Program-made: the position numbers and the translations under genes
Shown: positions 1 to 9,181 of the stretch, one piece after another
Position numbering within the stretch: the first letter of the stretch is position 1
Layout: every line of letters begins with the position of its first letter
The notes under the pieces: generated by a model
The model's database searches: none
What the model was told of the DNA's origin: nothing
The model's input: the letters and a program-made list of their open reading frames with translations, nothing else
Source of the DNA: Chloroflexota bacterium
Lineage (GTDB): Bacteria > Chloroflexota > Anaerolineae > Anaerolineales > Villigracilaceae
NCBI GenBank assembly: GCA_013388855.1
Contig: JACAEM010000004.1
Span: 101,113-165,112, forward strand
Direction of reading: 5' to 3'
Length of the DNA stretch: 64,000 nt

Positions 1-389
1 CCGGAAAAACGGTTCTTGAGCGGGAGCAGGGAAATGGAAATTGAGTCCGATTTGCCGTTCAGGTAATCGAACGTTGAATCGAGCACAGCGTTGGTCAGCG
101 CTTTCAATTCCTCCGGGGGCAGGAGTGAAGCAATGATCCTTTCCCAGTCTGCCTGTGTGATGACTTTCAAATAGGGGGCGGCGTTTGGGTTTTCAGCGAC
201 ACTGGAAGTCAAGGCGCCTGCCAGTACCGTTGGCATTCGTTCGTACAAAGCCTGTCTCTCGAATGCCTGCTTGTAGGTGGCCGCTGAAAACGCCTTCCGT
301 TCGACATTGAACAAAAGCAGTGAGATCACTCCCGTGACCACGAACAGAGCTGCGCAAATACCGGCAAGGATTTTTCCCAATGTTCGCAT
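1..389 (-). CDS. hypothetical membrane-anchored protein (partial, runs off window edge)
   Basis: The minus-strand frame is open from ATG at 389 to position 1. Translation MRTLGKILAGICAALFVVTGVISLLLFNVERKAF... has an N-terminal hydrophobic helix. It is absent from the ORF track because there is no in-window stop. No family recognised. Confidence 0.55.
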   Translation of the reverse strand, partial: MRTLGKILAGICAALFVVTGVISLLLFNVERKAFSAATYKQAFERQALYERMPTVLAGALTSSVAENPNAAPYLKVITQADWERIIASLLPPEELKALTNAVLDSTFDYLNGKSDSISISLLPLKNRFS

Positions 390-396
390 GGGCTTG

Positions 397-2373
397 TCAA
401 CCTTTACTTACAATGTCAATATAATCTTCCGTCACCGCCTCGCCGCCATCCGCGCCGAGGATGGAAAGCAATTCGTTGAGGAGGTGTGCCTTGTTGTCGG
501 CATCCTTGCGGCTCCAGGTGCGGCTTTTCACCTCCAGGAAATTCCCCAACGGAGGCTCGGACACCGTATCGAGATTGACGTAGAACTCGGTCTCCTTGTA
601 TTTGATGAACCAACGCAGGCGGTCCTTCTCAATGGCAAATTCGGTTTTCGGCTTGAAATACTCGCGGTAGAAACGCAGGGAATTCGCGGCGGGCGCCAGG
701 AAGCGGCTGCGCGACAACAGCACCTCATGCTCGAACTGTCCCTCCCGTTTTTGACCGAGCAATGTCAGACGGGCGCGTACATTGGAAACCTTTCCTTTGT
801 TATCGACGAAATCGTCCTCACGATAACGCAGACGCCCCTGCGATGGATCATCGAACTCGAAATAGACATCATGCTGGCGGTAATGCCGTTCGTACAGGAT
901 GTCTATTTCGTTGCGCATCAATGCCTGGATGATGGGGTCTGTTTCCGCTATTTTGACCTTGACCTGCACCTCGAATGACTCTTCCTCCATCGACCCACCA
1001 AGTGCGATCAGCTTCGACAACACGGATTGCTCCCGGTCGATCAGGAAGGAATCGATCCGCTTTGCCAGGTCTGCGGCATGGGCAAGCAGTTCTTCCTCGT
1101 TGAGGGTGAGGAGTTTGCGGTCGCGCATCACCCATTTGCCGTTGATCATTACATCGCTCACATCGGTGGATTTGCTCGCGTAGACGATCTGTGCGTATGT
1201 ATTATCCGACGAACGCCGGAAGGATGGGGAGTTATGTAATGGACTCACATCCACGAGGATCAGGTCGGCGCGTTTGCCTGTTTCAACGGAACCAGTCAAA
1301 TGTCCGATGTGAAGCGCTTGTGCGCCGAGGCGGGTTGCCATGAGCAGGGCTTGCGGCGCGGGCAGGGAGGTCGGGTCGTTGGTTATTGCCTTGGCGACGA
1401 ACGCGGCGAGGCGCACTTCCTCGAACATATCCAGGTCATTGTTCGAGGCGGGGCCGTCCGTACCGATGCCCACGTTCAATCCGAGTTCGAGCATTTTGGT
1501 GACCGGCGCGAAACCGGAAGCGAGTTTGAGATTCGATGACGGGTTGTGCGAAATGCCCGCGCCCGCGTGCTGAAGCGACCGGATCTCGCCCATATCCACA
1601 TGCACACAATGCGCTGCAATAACTTTCGCTTCGAAGAGCCCCTGCTTCTTCACATAGGGAATGACCGGCATGCCGTGCTCGTTGCGGATGTTGTCCACTT
1701 CGAGGGCCGTCTCGGCGAGATGTGTGTGAAGCGGGATGTCGTATTCCTTGGCAAGTTCGGCGGTCTCACGCAAAATGTCCGCTGTGGTGGTGTAGGGCGC
1801 ATGAGGCGCAATCGACGGAACGATGAGCGGATGCCCCTTCCATTTTTTGATGTACTCGCGCGCCTTTTCCATCGCGTCTTCATACGACGCGGCGTCGGCA
1901 GTGGGAAATTTCAGGATGGATTGTCCGCACACCCCGCGCATACCGGACTCTGCCGTGGCGGTGGCGACCGCATCTTCAAAGAAGTACATGTCGTTGAAGG
2001 TCGTTACACCGCTTCGGATCAGTTCCGCACAGGCGATGGATGTCCCAAGCCGCACGAATTCCGGGGAAACATATTCGCGCTCCACGGGCCACATGTAGCC
2101 CTGTAGCCATACGTCGAGGCGCAGATCGTCTGCGATGCCGCGCAGGAGGGTCATCGGCACGTGCGTGTGCGCGTTGACCAGACCGGGCATCAACACTTTC
2201 CCCTTGCAATCGATGGTCTCGCTTCCCGAGTATTCCTTCTTGATCTCATCTTCAAAACCGACTGCGACGATGCTTTCCCCGCTCACCGCCACCGCGCCGG
2301 GATGGTATTGATTCATCTTTTCGTCCATCGTGAGGACGTGTGCATTTACAAATAGAATATCAACCTTCTGCAT
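397..2373 (-). CDS. mtaD: MtaD/TRZ-ATZ family amidohydrolase (MTA/SAH deaminase-like) fused to a C-terminal CYTH-like domain
   Basis: The ORF is 397..2457. The start was moved to ATG 2373 (MQKVDILFVNAH), which has GGAGAC just upstream. Amidohydrolase motifs are PGLVNAHTHVPMTLLRGIADD, HLAET and IGTDG. The C-terminal ~190 aa (about 397..978) has CyaB/CYTH-like FEVQVKVKI and LGNFLEVKSR. Confidence 0.85.
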   Translation of the reverse strand: MQKVDILFVNAHVLTMDEKMNQYHPGAVAVSGESIVAVGFEDEIKKEYSGSETIDCKGKVLMPGLVNAHTHVPMTLLRGIADDLRLDVWLQGYMWPVEREYVSPEFVRLGTSIACAELIRSGVTTFNDMYFFEDAVATATAESGMRGVCGQSILKFPTADAASYEDAMEKAREYIKKWKGHPLIVPSIAPHAPYTTTADILRETAELAKEYDIPLHTHLAETALEVDNIRNEHGMPVIPYVKKQGLFEAKVIAAHCVHVDMGEIRSLQHAGAGISHNPSSNLKLASGFAPVTKMLELGLNVGIGTDGPASNNDLDMFEEVRLAAFVAKAITNDPTSLPAPQALLMATRLGAQALHIGHLTGSVETGKRADLILVDVSPLHNSPSFRRSSDNTYAQIVYASKSTDVSDVMINGKWVMRDRKLLTLNEEELLAHAADLAKRIDSFLIDREQSVLSKLIALGGSMEEESFEVQVKVKIAETDPIIQALMRNEIDILYERHYRQHDVYFEFDDPSQGRLRYREDDFVDNKGKVSNVRARLTLLGQKREGQFEHEVLLSRSRFLAPAANSLRFYREYFKPKTEFAIEKDRLRWFIKYKETEFYVNLDTVSEPPLGNFLEVKSRTWSRKDADNKAHLLNELLSILGADGGEAVTEDYIDIVSKG

Positions 2374-2491
2374 TGGGTCTCCTTGTATTGCTATTTTTGT
2401 GAAACGTCCCGAAAGGTCGCCTTGAAAATTGACTGAGAGTTCGACCCTTCGGGACACTGGAAATCTCAGTGATTAATTGTAGCCAGTTTTC

Positions 2492-3478
2492 TCAGGGCTG
2501 GAAGGTCAAAAGGATGTCAAGAATGGTGAGATTGACACCGAAATCGGTGTCACTATGGTTGGTCAGCTCCAAATCCACGGCGGAGATGCCGGTAGATACG
2601 GCATAATCGGCCAGTGTACCTGTATAAACGCATCCCGTGTCCAGCGGCGGGAAGCGGTACGGACTGACGCCCGCGATTGCCTCCGCCAAACGAACCGAGT
2701 CTTCCTCCCAGGGTTCGCCGCCGGGGAAAATCCCCAGCGCCGCACTGTGATAGCTGATGAGCGCGTCGATGCGATGCCCTCCGAGAAATTCCATCAGTGC
2801 CCGCGTTTCCGGTTCGGAGCCTGCCGAACTGCCGCTGGAGGTGGGCAGGTAATTCCAACAGCCCGCTCGTTCCCAATCCGCCTGCCAGTTGGCAGGAAAG
2901 TTTCGGTTCAAGTCCACGCCGTTGCTGTTCAATCGCCCATATTTGTCGTGTGAGCGGGCTTCTCCGTCCGGGTTGAGGTTGCGCAGGATGTATAGTGTCA
3001 CATCGCTTGGGATCACATCGGGGTATTGATTGACATAAGCGATCAATTGATTGGCGAGCGTGACCGTGTTCCATTCGTCGCCGCCGTGAATGCCTGCCAC
3101 GATCATCCGTCCGTGTGCGCCGGAGCCAAATGTGTACACTTCCAATGGCAGTCCGTTCACTGAATACCCGATAACTTCCGGCTCCTGTTCGTTCGCCAGC
3201 GCAAGCGGAGTGACTGTCGGGCTGGGGAATGTTTGGGTGGGTCGAACCGGCTCAGGCGTGGAAGGAAGCGTGGCGGTATCCTGTGGATGGCTCTGTGCAG
3301 GCGTCTGCGCCGGTTCGGTTGCGATCAGTCGGGGAACGTTGTCCGCTATTGCCGGGGTGGATGCCGCCGGTTTCGGATTCATGAACGCGCCGAATTTTTG
3401 AAAATTGACCGCTGAAAAAAGGAGTAGCCCACCGACGAAGAAGCCGATGAGAAATGATCTGCCGTTGTTGTTTTTCAC
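2492..3478 (-). CDS. M14 zinc carboxypeptidase (gamma-D-Glu-mDAP peptidase-like), membrane-anchored, paralog B
   Basis: Motifs are HGGDEWNT, NPDGE, VDLNRNFP and SYHSAA. The proposed GTG start at 3478 overlaps the TGA stop of the upstream paralog (GTGA). This start gives an N-terminal TM helix SFLIGFFVGGLLLFSAV like the paralog. The longer track ORF overlaps the upstream gene. Confidence 0.8.
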   Translation of the reverse strand: MKNNNGRSFLIGFFVGGLLLFSAVNFQKFGAFMNPKPAASTPAIADNVPRLIATEPAQTPAQSHPQDTATLPSTPEPVRPTQTFPSPTVTPLALANEQEPEVIGYSVNGLPLEVYTFGSGAHGRMIVAGIHGGDEWNTVTLANQLIAYVNQYPDVIPSDVTLYILRNLNPDGEARSHDKYGRLNSNGVDLNRNFPANWQADWERAGCWNYLPTSSGSSAGSEPETRALMEFLGGHRIDALISYHSAALGIFPGGEPWEEDSVRLAEAIAGVSPYRFPPLDTGCVYTGTLADYAVSTGISAVDLELTNHSDTDFGVNLTILDILLTFQP

Positions 3479-4446
3479 GGCCGCCAGTTTAGAAATACTT
3501 TCAAGGCTTTCAGGTTCTGCTCGAAATCGGTATCGCGATGGTTGGTCAGTTCCATGTCCACTGCCGCATCGACGCCATTTTCCACCGCCCAATCTGCCAG
3601 GGTGCCGGTGTAATCGCAGCCGGTGTCGATTGGCGGATAGGGATATTTTGTCACCCGGGCAAGTGCCTTCGCCAATTCCTTGGATTTTTCCTCCCACGGT
3701 ACGCCGCCGGGAAAGACCCCCAACGCTGCGCTGTGGTAACTGATCACTGCCGTCAGGTTGTGCGAATTGATAAAGCTCATCACCGTTCGTGTTTCCGGCT
3801 CCGAGCCTCCGTACGCGCCGCCCGTGGTGGGGCGGTAGATCCAGCAGCCGTCACGGTCCCAGTTGGCGGTCCAATTTTCGGTGGGAAAGTTGCGGTTCAG
3901 GTCCACGCCGTTGTTGTTGACGCGTCCATCCACGCCGCGGGCGCGCGCCTCGCCGTCAGGATTCATGTTGCGGATGATGTACAGTGTCGCGTCGCTGGGG
4001 ATGACTTCCGGGTGTTGGTTGATGTAGGTAATCAACTCATTGGCAAGGGCAACCGTGTTCCATTCATATCCGCCATGGATGCCTGCCACGACGAGATATT
4101 CCCTCTCGCCAACGCCAAAGGTATAGGCTTCGATGGGACGCCCCGCCAGTGAGAAACCGATGATGGTGGGGAGCGGTCCATCCGCCAGGACGAACGGCGT
4201 GGACGTTTCGAAGACGGGCGGTGTGTAATATGGATTTGGCGTCAGTGTCGGGAGCCAGTAACTGGTCGGCGGGATGGCTCGCGTCGGGGCGGGGCTTGTT
4301 GCATCCGTCGTGGTTGATTCGGCGGCGGAGGCGCGTTGTCCATTTAGGTAAAAGACTGCAAACGCCAGCAGGCAGACCACAACAAGTCCGTTGATGCCCC
4401 AAATGAGGTACACCCATGTATGCGACTGCGATTTTCGCCGTGCCAT
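3475..4446 (-). CDS. M14 zinc carboxypeptidase, membrane-anchored, paralog A
   Basis: Motifs are HGGYEWNT, NPDGE, VDLNRNFP and SYHSAA. The start was set at ATG 4446 (MARRKSQSHTWVYLIWG..., TM helix), one nt after the cinA stop. Confidence 0.8.
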   Translation of the reverse strand: MARRKSQSHTWVYLIWGINGLVVVCLLAFAVFYLNGQRASAAESTTTDATSPAPTRAIPPTSYWLPTLTPNPYYTPPVFETSTPFVLADGPLPTIIGFSLAGRPIEAYTFGVGEREYLVVAGIHGGYEWNTVALANELITYINQHPEVIPSDATLYIIRNMNPDGEARARGVDGRVNNNGVDLNRNFPTENWTANWDRDGCWIYRPTTGGAYGGSEPETRTVMSFINSHNLTAVISYHSAALGVFPGGVPWEEKSKELAKALARVTKYPYPPIDTGCDYTGTLADWAVENGVDAAVDMELTNHRDTDFEQNLKALKVFLNWRP

Positions 4447-4447
4447 G

Positions 4448-5575
4448 CTAATCACCCTCCAGGGCGCGGCGGCGAAGCCAGTCGAGCGCAAGATTGACCG
4501 ACCAACGCGGCAGGCTGCGCGGCGGGCCGCCGTAGGTGATGCGATGGGTCTTTTCGCCTGCCGGGGTAATGAGCGCCATCTCGGCGGCGCGTTGCTCCAT
4601 GGAAACGGCGACTCCCAACGCCGCGTCGGCGTTGGCTTCGGCGCGGGCTTTACGCAGCGTGTCCATAAGGGAATTGGGACTCAGGTCCGAAAAAGAAGCG
4701 GTGTGCGGGATTTTCTGCGCGAGCAATCCGTCCAATCCGGATTCGATGGCGGTCAACGTCCAGCCGCGTTTTGCCACCGTTTTGAGGACCACATCCTCCA
4801 GCCGGTCTTCGTCCGCGCCGAAGATGACGTCGCCCAGCCGTTCGCGCACATCAGCTTCGATCTTTGCGATCATCTCGCTGGCATCCGCTTCGTTCTTTGC
4901 CTTTGCCGCGATGCGGATATCGACCACCCCGGTATGCGCGGCAAGCCCCACAGTGGGGTTGCTGAGCGTTTCAAGGTCAGCGATCTTTTCGTCGATCATA
5001 CCCTCGCCCAGTCCGGCGCAGTGCAGGATGCGAATCTTGATGATTTCATTGAGGGCGAATCGTTTTTGCAGATACGGGATGATCGACTCGTGCAGGATGT
5101 ATTCCATCTCATTCGGAACACCAGGCAGGGAGATGACTGCGTTGCGTTCCGTTTCGACGATGAAACAAGGCGCGGTGCCAACCGGATTGGGAACGCCGAT
5201 TGCCCCCCGGGGCACATATGCCTGCCGCTTTTGATTTTCAGAGGGTTTCCGTCCGTACCGCGTAATGACAGCGACCACCTGTTCCCACAGGTCTTCGCGG
5301 AATTCCGTCTCCACGCCGACAGCTTTTGCCACCGCTTCACGCGTGGGATCGTCCACGGTGGGCCCCAGCCCGCCGGTGGTGATGACGATCTCGGCGCGCT
5401 GCATCGAATGATTGATTGCAGTAGCAATGCGTTCGACGTTATCGCCGATGGTGATGGTGCGGTACAAATCCACGCCCAGCCCGCGCAAGGCGCGTGCAAT
5501 ATACCGCGTGTTGGTATCGACGATCTCTCCAAGCAATATTTCCGTGCCGATAGTGATGATTTCTGCTGAAGGCAT
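4448..5575 (-). CDS. cinA: CinA-like competence/damage-inducible protein (MoCF-binding domain plus divergent C-terminal domain)
   Basis: The N-terminus MPSAEIITIGTEILLGEIVDTNTRYIA...VITTGGLGPTVDDPT is typical of CinA. The C-terminal GWTLTAIESGLDGLLAQK resembles the PncC-like domain. Confidence 0.85.
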   Translation of the reverse strand: MPSAEIITIGTEILLGEIVDTNTRYIARALRGLGVDLYRTITIGDNVERIATAINHSMQRAEIVITTGGLGPTVDDPTREAVAKAVGVETEFREDLWEQVVAVITRYGRKPSENQKRQAYVPRGAIGVPNPVGTAPCFIVETERNAVISLPGVPNEMEYILHESIIPYLQKRFALNEIIKIRILHCAGLGEGMIDEKIADLETLSNPTVGLAAHTGVVDIRIAAKAKNEADASEMIAKIEADVRERLGDVIFGADEDRLEDVVLKTVAKRGWTLTAIESGLDGLLAQKIPHTASFSDLSPNSLMDTLRKARAEANADAALGVAVSMEQRAAEMALITPAGEKTHRITYGGPPRSLPRWSVNLALDWLRRRALEGD

Positions 5576-5605
5576 ATTAAGCTCTAGGCGGCGGGCGTCA
5601 ACGAT

Positions 5606-6760
5606 TTAAACCACATTGTACTCTTGAATTAATCTGCCTTCCTCGAAGCGCGCCAGGTCAAGTATGGACACATCCACGGTGGAGAATGTACCATCCAATA
5701 TTAATTCGCTCATTAATTTTCCAGAGACGGGTCCGTGCATGAAACCATGCCCCGAAAAGCCGGTGCAGACCAGAAAACCTTCCACGTTCGTTTTTCCATA
5801 AATCGGGTGTGCATCCGGTGTCACCTCGTACAACCCCGCCCAATGCGAAGCGCGGCTGGCTCGTTCCATGAGCGGCATTCGCGCGATGGCGGCTTCGAGA
5901 TTGACCAGTTCGAAATCCTCGTCCACAGTTTGGTCGAACCCTGGTTTCTCGTTTTGATTGCTCATGCCAACCAGCAGCCCCTCGCCCTCACGATGAAAAT
6001 ACAACGACTGTGCGAAGTCGATCACAAACGGAAAATCCGCGGGGATTTCCTTCATCGGATTTGTGGTGAACATCTGCCTGCGCAATGGGATGATGGGAAG
6101 TTGAACTCCCGCCATCTGACCGACCCGCCCCGACCACGGTCCCGCCGCGTTCAAGACGAGACGCGTCTGGACTACGCCCTGAGTTGTTTCCACGGCTTCG
6201 ACCTTTCCTCCGCTGACGCGTATGCCGGTTACCTCCACACCGTTGATGGCTTTAACGCCCATCTTCTGCGCGGCATTGACATATCCCATCACCACACTGT
6301 TTGGGTCCACGATGCCGTCCTTTTGGTTGAACGTTCCGGAGAGGGCATCGTCGAATTTCATCAGCGGCAGCCGCCTGCGGACCTCATCCCCGGTCAATAA
6401 TTCGGTGGGAACGCCGAGGCTGTTTTGCAATGCCACATTCCGCCCGAATGTGGCGGCGTCCTTTTCGTTCGTCGCCACAAGCAGGTATCCGCACTGGCGG
6501 TAGTTGATGTCCTGCCCCATCTCCTCCTTGAACCGCTCGAACATGGGCAGGCTCTCCATCGAAAGTTTTACGTTGATCTCCGTGGAGAACTGGTAGCGCA
6601 CCCCGCCCGCACACCTGCCGGTCGCGCCTGTTCCGAAGAATCCCTCTTTCTCCAGCAGGAGGATGTTCTTCACGCCGCGTTGGGCGAGATGATAGGCGGC
6701 ACTGGCTCCCATCACCCCGCCGCCGATAATGACAATATCTGATATTTTTTGCAGTTCCAT
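5606..6760 (-). CDS. FAD-dependent oxidoreductase (DAO / sarcosine oxidase beta-like)
   Basis: The dinucleotide-binding motif is DIVIIGGGVMGASAAYHLAQRG. The start was set at ATG 6760 (MELQKISD). Confidence 0.85.
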   Translation of the reverse strand: MELQKISDIVIIGGGVMGASAAYHLAQRGVKNILLLEKEGFFGTGATGRCAGGVRYQFSTEINVKLSMESLPMFERFKEEMGQDINYRQCGYLLVATNEKDAATFGRNVALQNSLGVPTELLTGDEVRRRLPLMKFDDALSGTFNQKDGIVDPNSVVMGYVNAAQKMGVKAINGVEVTGIRVSGGKVEAVETTQGVVQTRLVLNAAGPWSGRVGQMAGVQLPIIPLRRQMFTTNPMKEIPADFPFVIDFAQSLYFHREGEGLLVGMSNQNEKPGFDQTVDEDFELVNLEAAIARMPLMERASRASHWAGLYEVTPDAHPIYGKTNVEGFLVCTGFSGHGFMHGPVSGKLMSELILDGTFSTVDVSILDLARFEEGRLIQEYNVV

Positions 6761-6776
6761 CGCGTTGTTTTCTTTT

Positions 6777-7760
6777 CTAGAATGGAATTTCCAACCCCAC
6801 GCCCATTTTTCGGGCATTCATGACCGCGAGTTGCGCGGCAATGGCATCCTGCACTGCCACTCCTACGGACTTGAAATATGTAATGTCATTTTCCGTTTCC
6901 CTTCCCGGTTTCCTGCCAAGCAAGACTTCTCCCAATTCTGTGATCTGCGTCTCCGAGACCTGCCTGCTGGCGATGGGATGGATCAAATCACCAGTTTCAG
7001 CGAGCACCGCGCTGCGTGAATCCACGAACAAGCGAGAGCGCCTGATCGTTTCGGGCGGGACCTCCACCATATCCGGCGTGTACGAGCCGATGGCAGAGAT
7101 ATGCGCGCCGGGTTTAAGGTCTGCATCCGCGAAGACGGGCGTCAATGAAGTGGTGGCGGTGCAAATGATATCCGTATCTCTGACTGCCTCCTGCGGCGTG
7201 GAGGCGGGTCTCAGGTCTTGAGGGATGGGACCTCGTCCTGCCAGTTCTTGCGCAAAGAGCCTGGCGCGTTCCATGTCCCGGTCATATACCCATGCCTTTT
7301 CGATCGGACGCGCGGTGCAAGCCGCTTCAAGTTGTGTGCGTCCCTGCGCGCCTGCGCCGAAGATTGCCGCGATTTTGCTGTCCTTGCGAGCCAACACATC
7401 GATTGCCGCGCCACTTCCCGCGCCGGTTCGGATCGCGGTGAGGGTACCGCCTTCGAGGAGCGCAGTGGCTCGACCGGTCTCCGGCTCGAATGCAAGCACT
7501 GCCGCCTGGATGTAGGCGAGTCCGCGTTGAGGGTTCCCGGGGAAGAGGGAAACGATCTTGACCGCAAGCGCCTCCGATTCACCGCCGACGTATGCCGGCA
7601 TGAATAGACTGAGTCCGTCATGCCTGGGGATGGGTAAACGCGTCCGAAGCGGTACTTCAGCCTCCCCGTTGGAGAGCGAGGCGTAGGCTTTTTTCATCGC
7701 TTCGATCACTTCGCGCATGGGTAATGCCCTCTGGACTTCCTCCGCATTAAGAATGATCAT
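6777..7760 (-). CDS. ornithine cyclodeaminase / mu-crystallin family protein
   Basis: Family-typical N-terminus MIILNAEEVQRALPMREVIEAMKKAY and Rossmann segment AIFGAGAQG. GGAGG lies upstream of the ATG. Confidence 0.85.
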   Translation of the reverse strand: MIILNAEEVQRALPMREVIEAMKKAYASLSNGEAEVPLRTRLPIPRHDGLSLFMPAYVGGESEALAVKIVSLFPGNPQRGLAYIQAAVLAFEPETGRATALLEGGTLTAIRTGAGSGAAIDVLARKDSKIAAIFGAGAQGRTQLEAACTARPIEKAWVYDRDMERARLFAQELAGRGPIPQDLRPASTPQEAVRDTDIICTATTSLTPVFADADLKPGAHISAIGSYTPDMVEVPPETIRRSRLFVDSRSAVLAETGDLIHPIASRQVSETQITELGEVLLGRKPGRETENDITYFKSVGVAVQDAIAAQLAVMNARKMGVGLEIPF

Positions 7761-7772
7761 GTGCCTCCGATG

Positions 7773-8387
7773 TTAATTGGTTGTCTCTTGTGGGTCACAG
7801 CCTTCGGGCTTTTGCCAGTGATCTGTAATCATGGCTTCGACGTTCGGTGGTGTACAAGAAAGCCAGGGCTGGTCGGTAAGATTTGCGGCTCTCAGTCCCT
7901 GTGAGCAGGGATCGTTGACCTCTGTAAAGACGAGAACGCCACCCTCCAGTTTCCAGATGTATTCTCCCGTATCCCAATTGCAGTACGGGTCATTAAACAG
8001 ATAAATGTGATCTCCTGAAATGGTATAGGAGCCAAGGCTGCGCCAGCCATTCATTGTGTAATAGATTCTAAAAATACCTTTGTTCAAGCTGAATTTCCAT
8101 AAACCGCCTTCGAGAGCATAGTCCGGGCATCGTTTGCATGGAAAGGGCGTTGCCTGCCGCGGGTTGATCTTAACGTAGGTTGCATCGATGTCGGTTGCCT
8201 TCAGCGGCGGCAGGGGGGTGGTCCATGGTACGGGTGTTCGTTGGAAGAGTGCGTTCCAAATATCGGTTGGGATGCCTGGCGGTTGTGTATCCGTTGGTGT
8301 GGCGGGTGAACTGGCGGACGGAATGGCTGCGCAGGCTGGTAAAAGAACCAATAAAACAACAATCGAATACTTGATAACGTTTTTCAT
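7773..8387 (-). CDS. hypothetical lipoprotein
   Basis: Signal peptide with lipobox (VVLLVLLPAC). The ATG at 8387 lies 9 nt downstream of a TGCTATAAT box. The track start (TTG 8396) is less likely. No family recognised. Confidence 0.6.
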   Translation of the reverse strand: MKNVIKYSIVVLLVLLPACAAIPSASSPATPTDTQPPGIPTDIWNALFQRTPVPWTTPLPPLKATDIDATYVKINPRQATPFPCKRCPDYALEGGLWKFSLNKGIFRIYYTMNGWRSLGSYTISGDHIYLFNDPYCNWDTGEYIWKLEGGVLVFTEVNDPCSQGLRAANLTDQPWLSCTPPNVEAMITDHWQKPEGCDPQETTN

Positions 8388-8396
8388 GACTGACAA

Positions 8397-8405
8397 ATTA
8401 TAGCA
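8397..8405 (-). promoter_or_regulatory. extended -10 promoter TGCTATAAT, 9 nt upstream of the ATG (near-leaderless)
   Basis: The minus strand reads TTTTGCTATAATttgtcagtcATG. The same 9-mer and the same 9-nt spacing occur at the aspS leader ORF. The same 9-mer also precedes asnS. Confidence 0.45.
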
Positions 8406-8437
8406 AAAAGCGCAGAGGAGCGATTTCCTCTGCGCTC
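8405..8437 (-). terminator. intrinsic terminator after livF
   Basis: The minus strand has AGCGCAGAGGA / TCCTCTGCGCT, an 11-bp stem, followed by TTTTT. Confidence 0.75.
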
Positions 8438-8454
8438 ATATGTGATGTTTTGTT

Positions 8455-9168
8455 CTATTCCATGCCCAGGTAGGCTTTTTGGATCATGGAGTTCGTTCGT
8501 AGTTTTTCAGCAGAGTCATTCAACACGATCTCGCCGGTCTGCATCACGTAGCCTCTATGGGCGATGCCCAATGCCATGAGAGCATTTTGTTCGACCAGAA
8601 GGATGGTGACACCCTCTTTGTTGATCTGTTGGATGGTGTCGAAGATGAGTTCCACCAGTACTGGCGCAAGCCCCATGGACGGTTCGTCCATCAGGAGGAT
8701 ATTGGGACTTGCCATGAGCGCCCGACCTGTGGCCAGCATCTGTTGTTCGCCTCCCGAAAGGGTCCCTGCAATCTGGGAACGGCGGTCCCTCAAACGCGGG
8801 AACAGGGAGAAAATTCTTTCCATGTTCCTGTTCAACTGTTCCCTGCTTTTCAGGCTGAACGCGCCCATTTCCAGATTTTCCTTCACGGTGAGTCGGGCGA
8901 ACACACCCCGTCCCTCCGGGACCATGGCAATGCCTTTGTAGACAATCTCATTGGCTTTGAACTTGCCCAGGTCTTCATCGTTCAGTTTGACCCTTCCTTC
9001 GCGTGGCTTGAGCATGCCGGAGATGGTTCGAAGGGTGGTGGTCTTTCCGGCGCCGTTCCCGCCGATCAGGGTGACAATCTCACCTTTTTCCACGGTGAGG
9101 GAAACGCCCTTCAGGGCATGGATGTGCCCGTAATACGTGTGAATATGTTCAACTTCAAGGAGTGGCAT
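8455..9168 (-). CDS. livF: branched-chain amino acid ABC transporter ATP-binding protein
   Basis: Motifs are GGNGAGKTT, LSGGEQQMLATGRAL and LLMDEPS. It is the last gene of a liv-type operon. Confidence 0.9.
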   Translation of the reverse strand: MPLLEVEHIHTYYGHIHALKGVSLTVEKGEIVTLIGGNGAGKTTTLRTISGMLKPREGRVKLNDEDLGKFKANEIVYKGIAMVPEGRGVFARLTVKENLEMGAFSLKSREQLNRNMERIFSLFPRLRDRRSQIAGTLSGGEQQMLATGRALMASPNILLMDEPSMGLAPVLVELIFDTIQQINKEGVTILLVEQNALMALGIAHRGYVMQTGEIVLNDSAEKLRTNSMIQKAYLGME

Positions 9169-9181
9169 GGTTATCTCTCCG

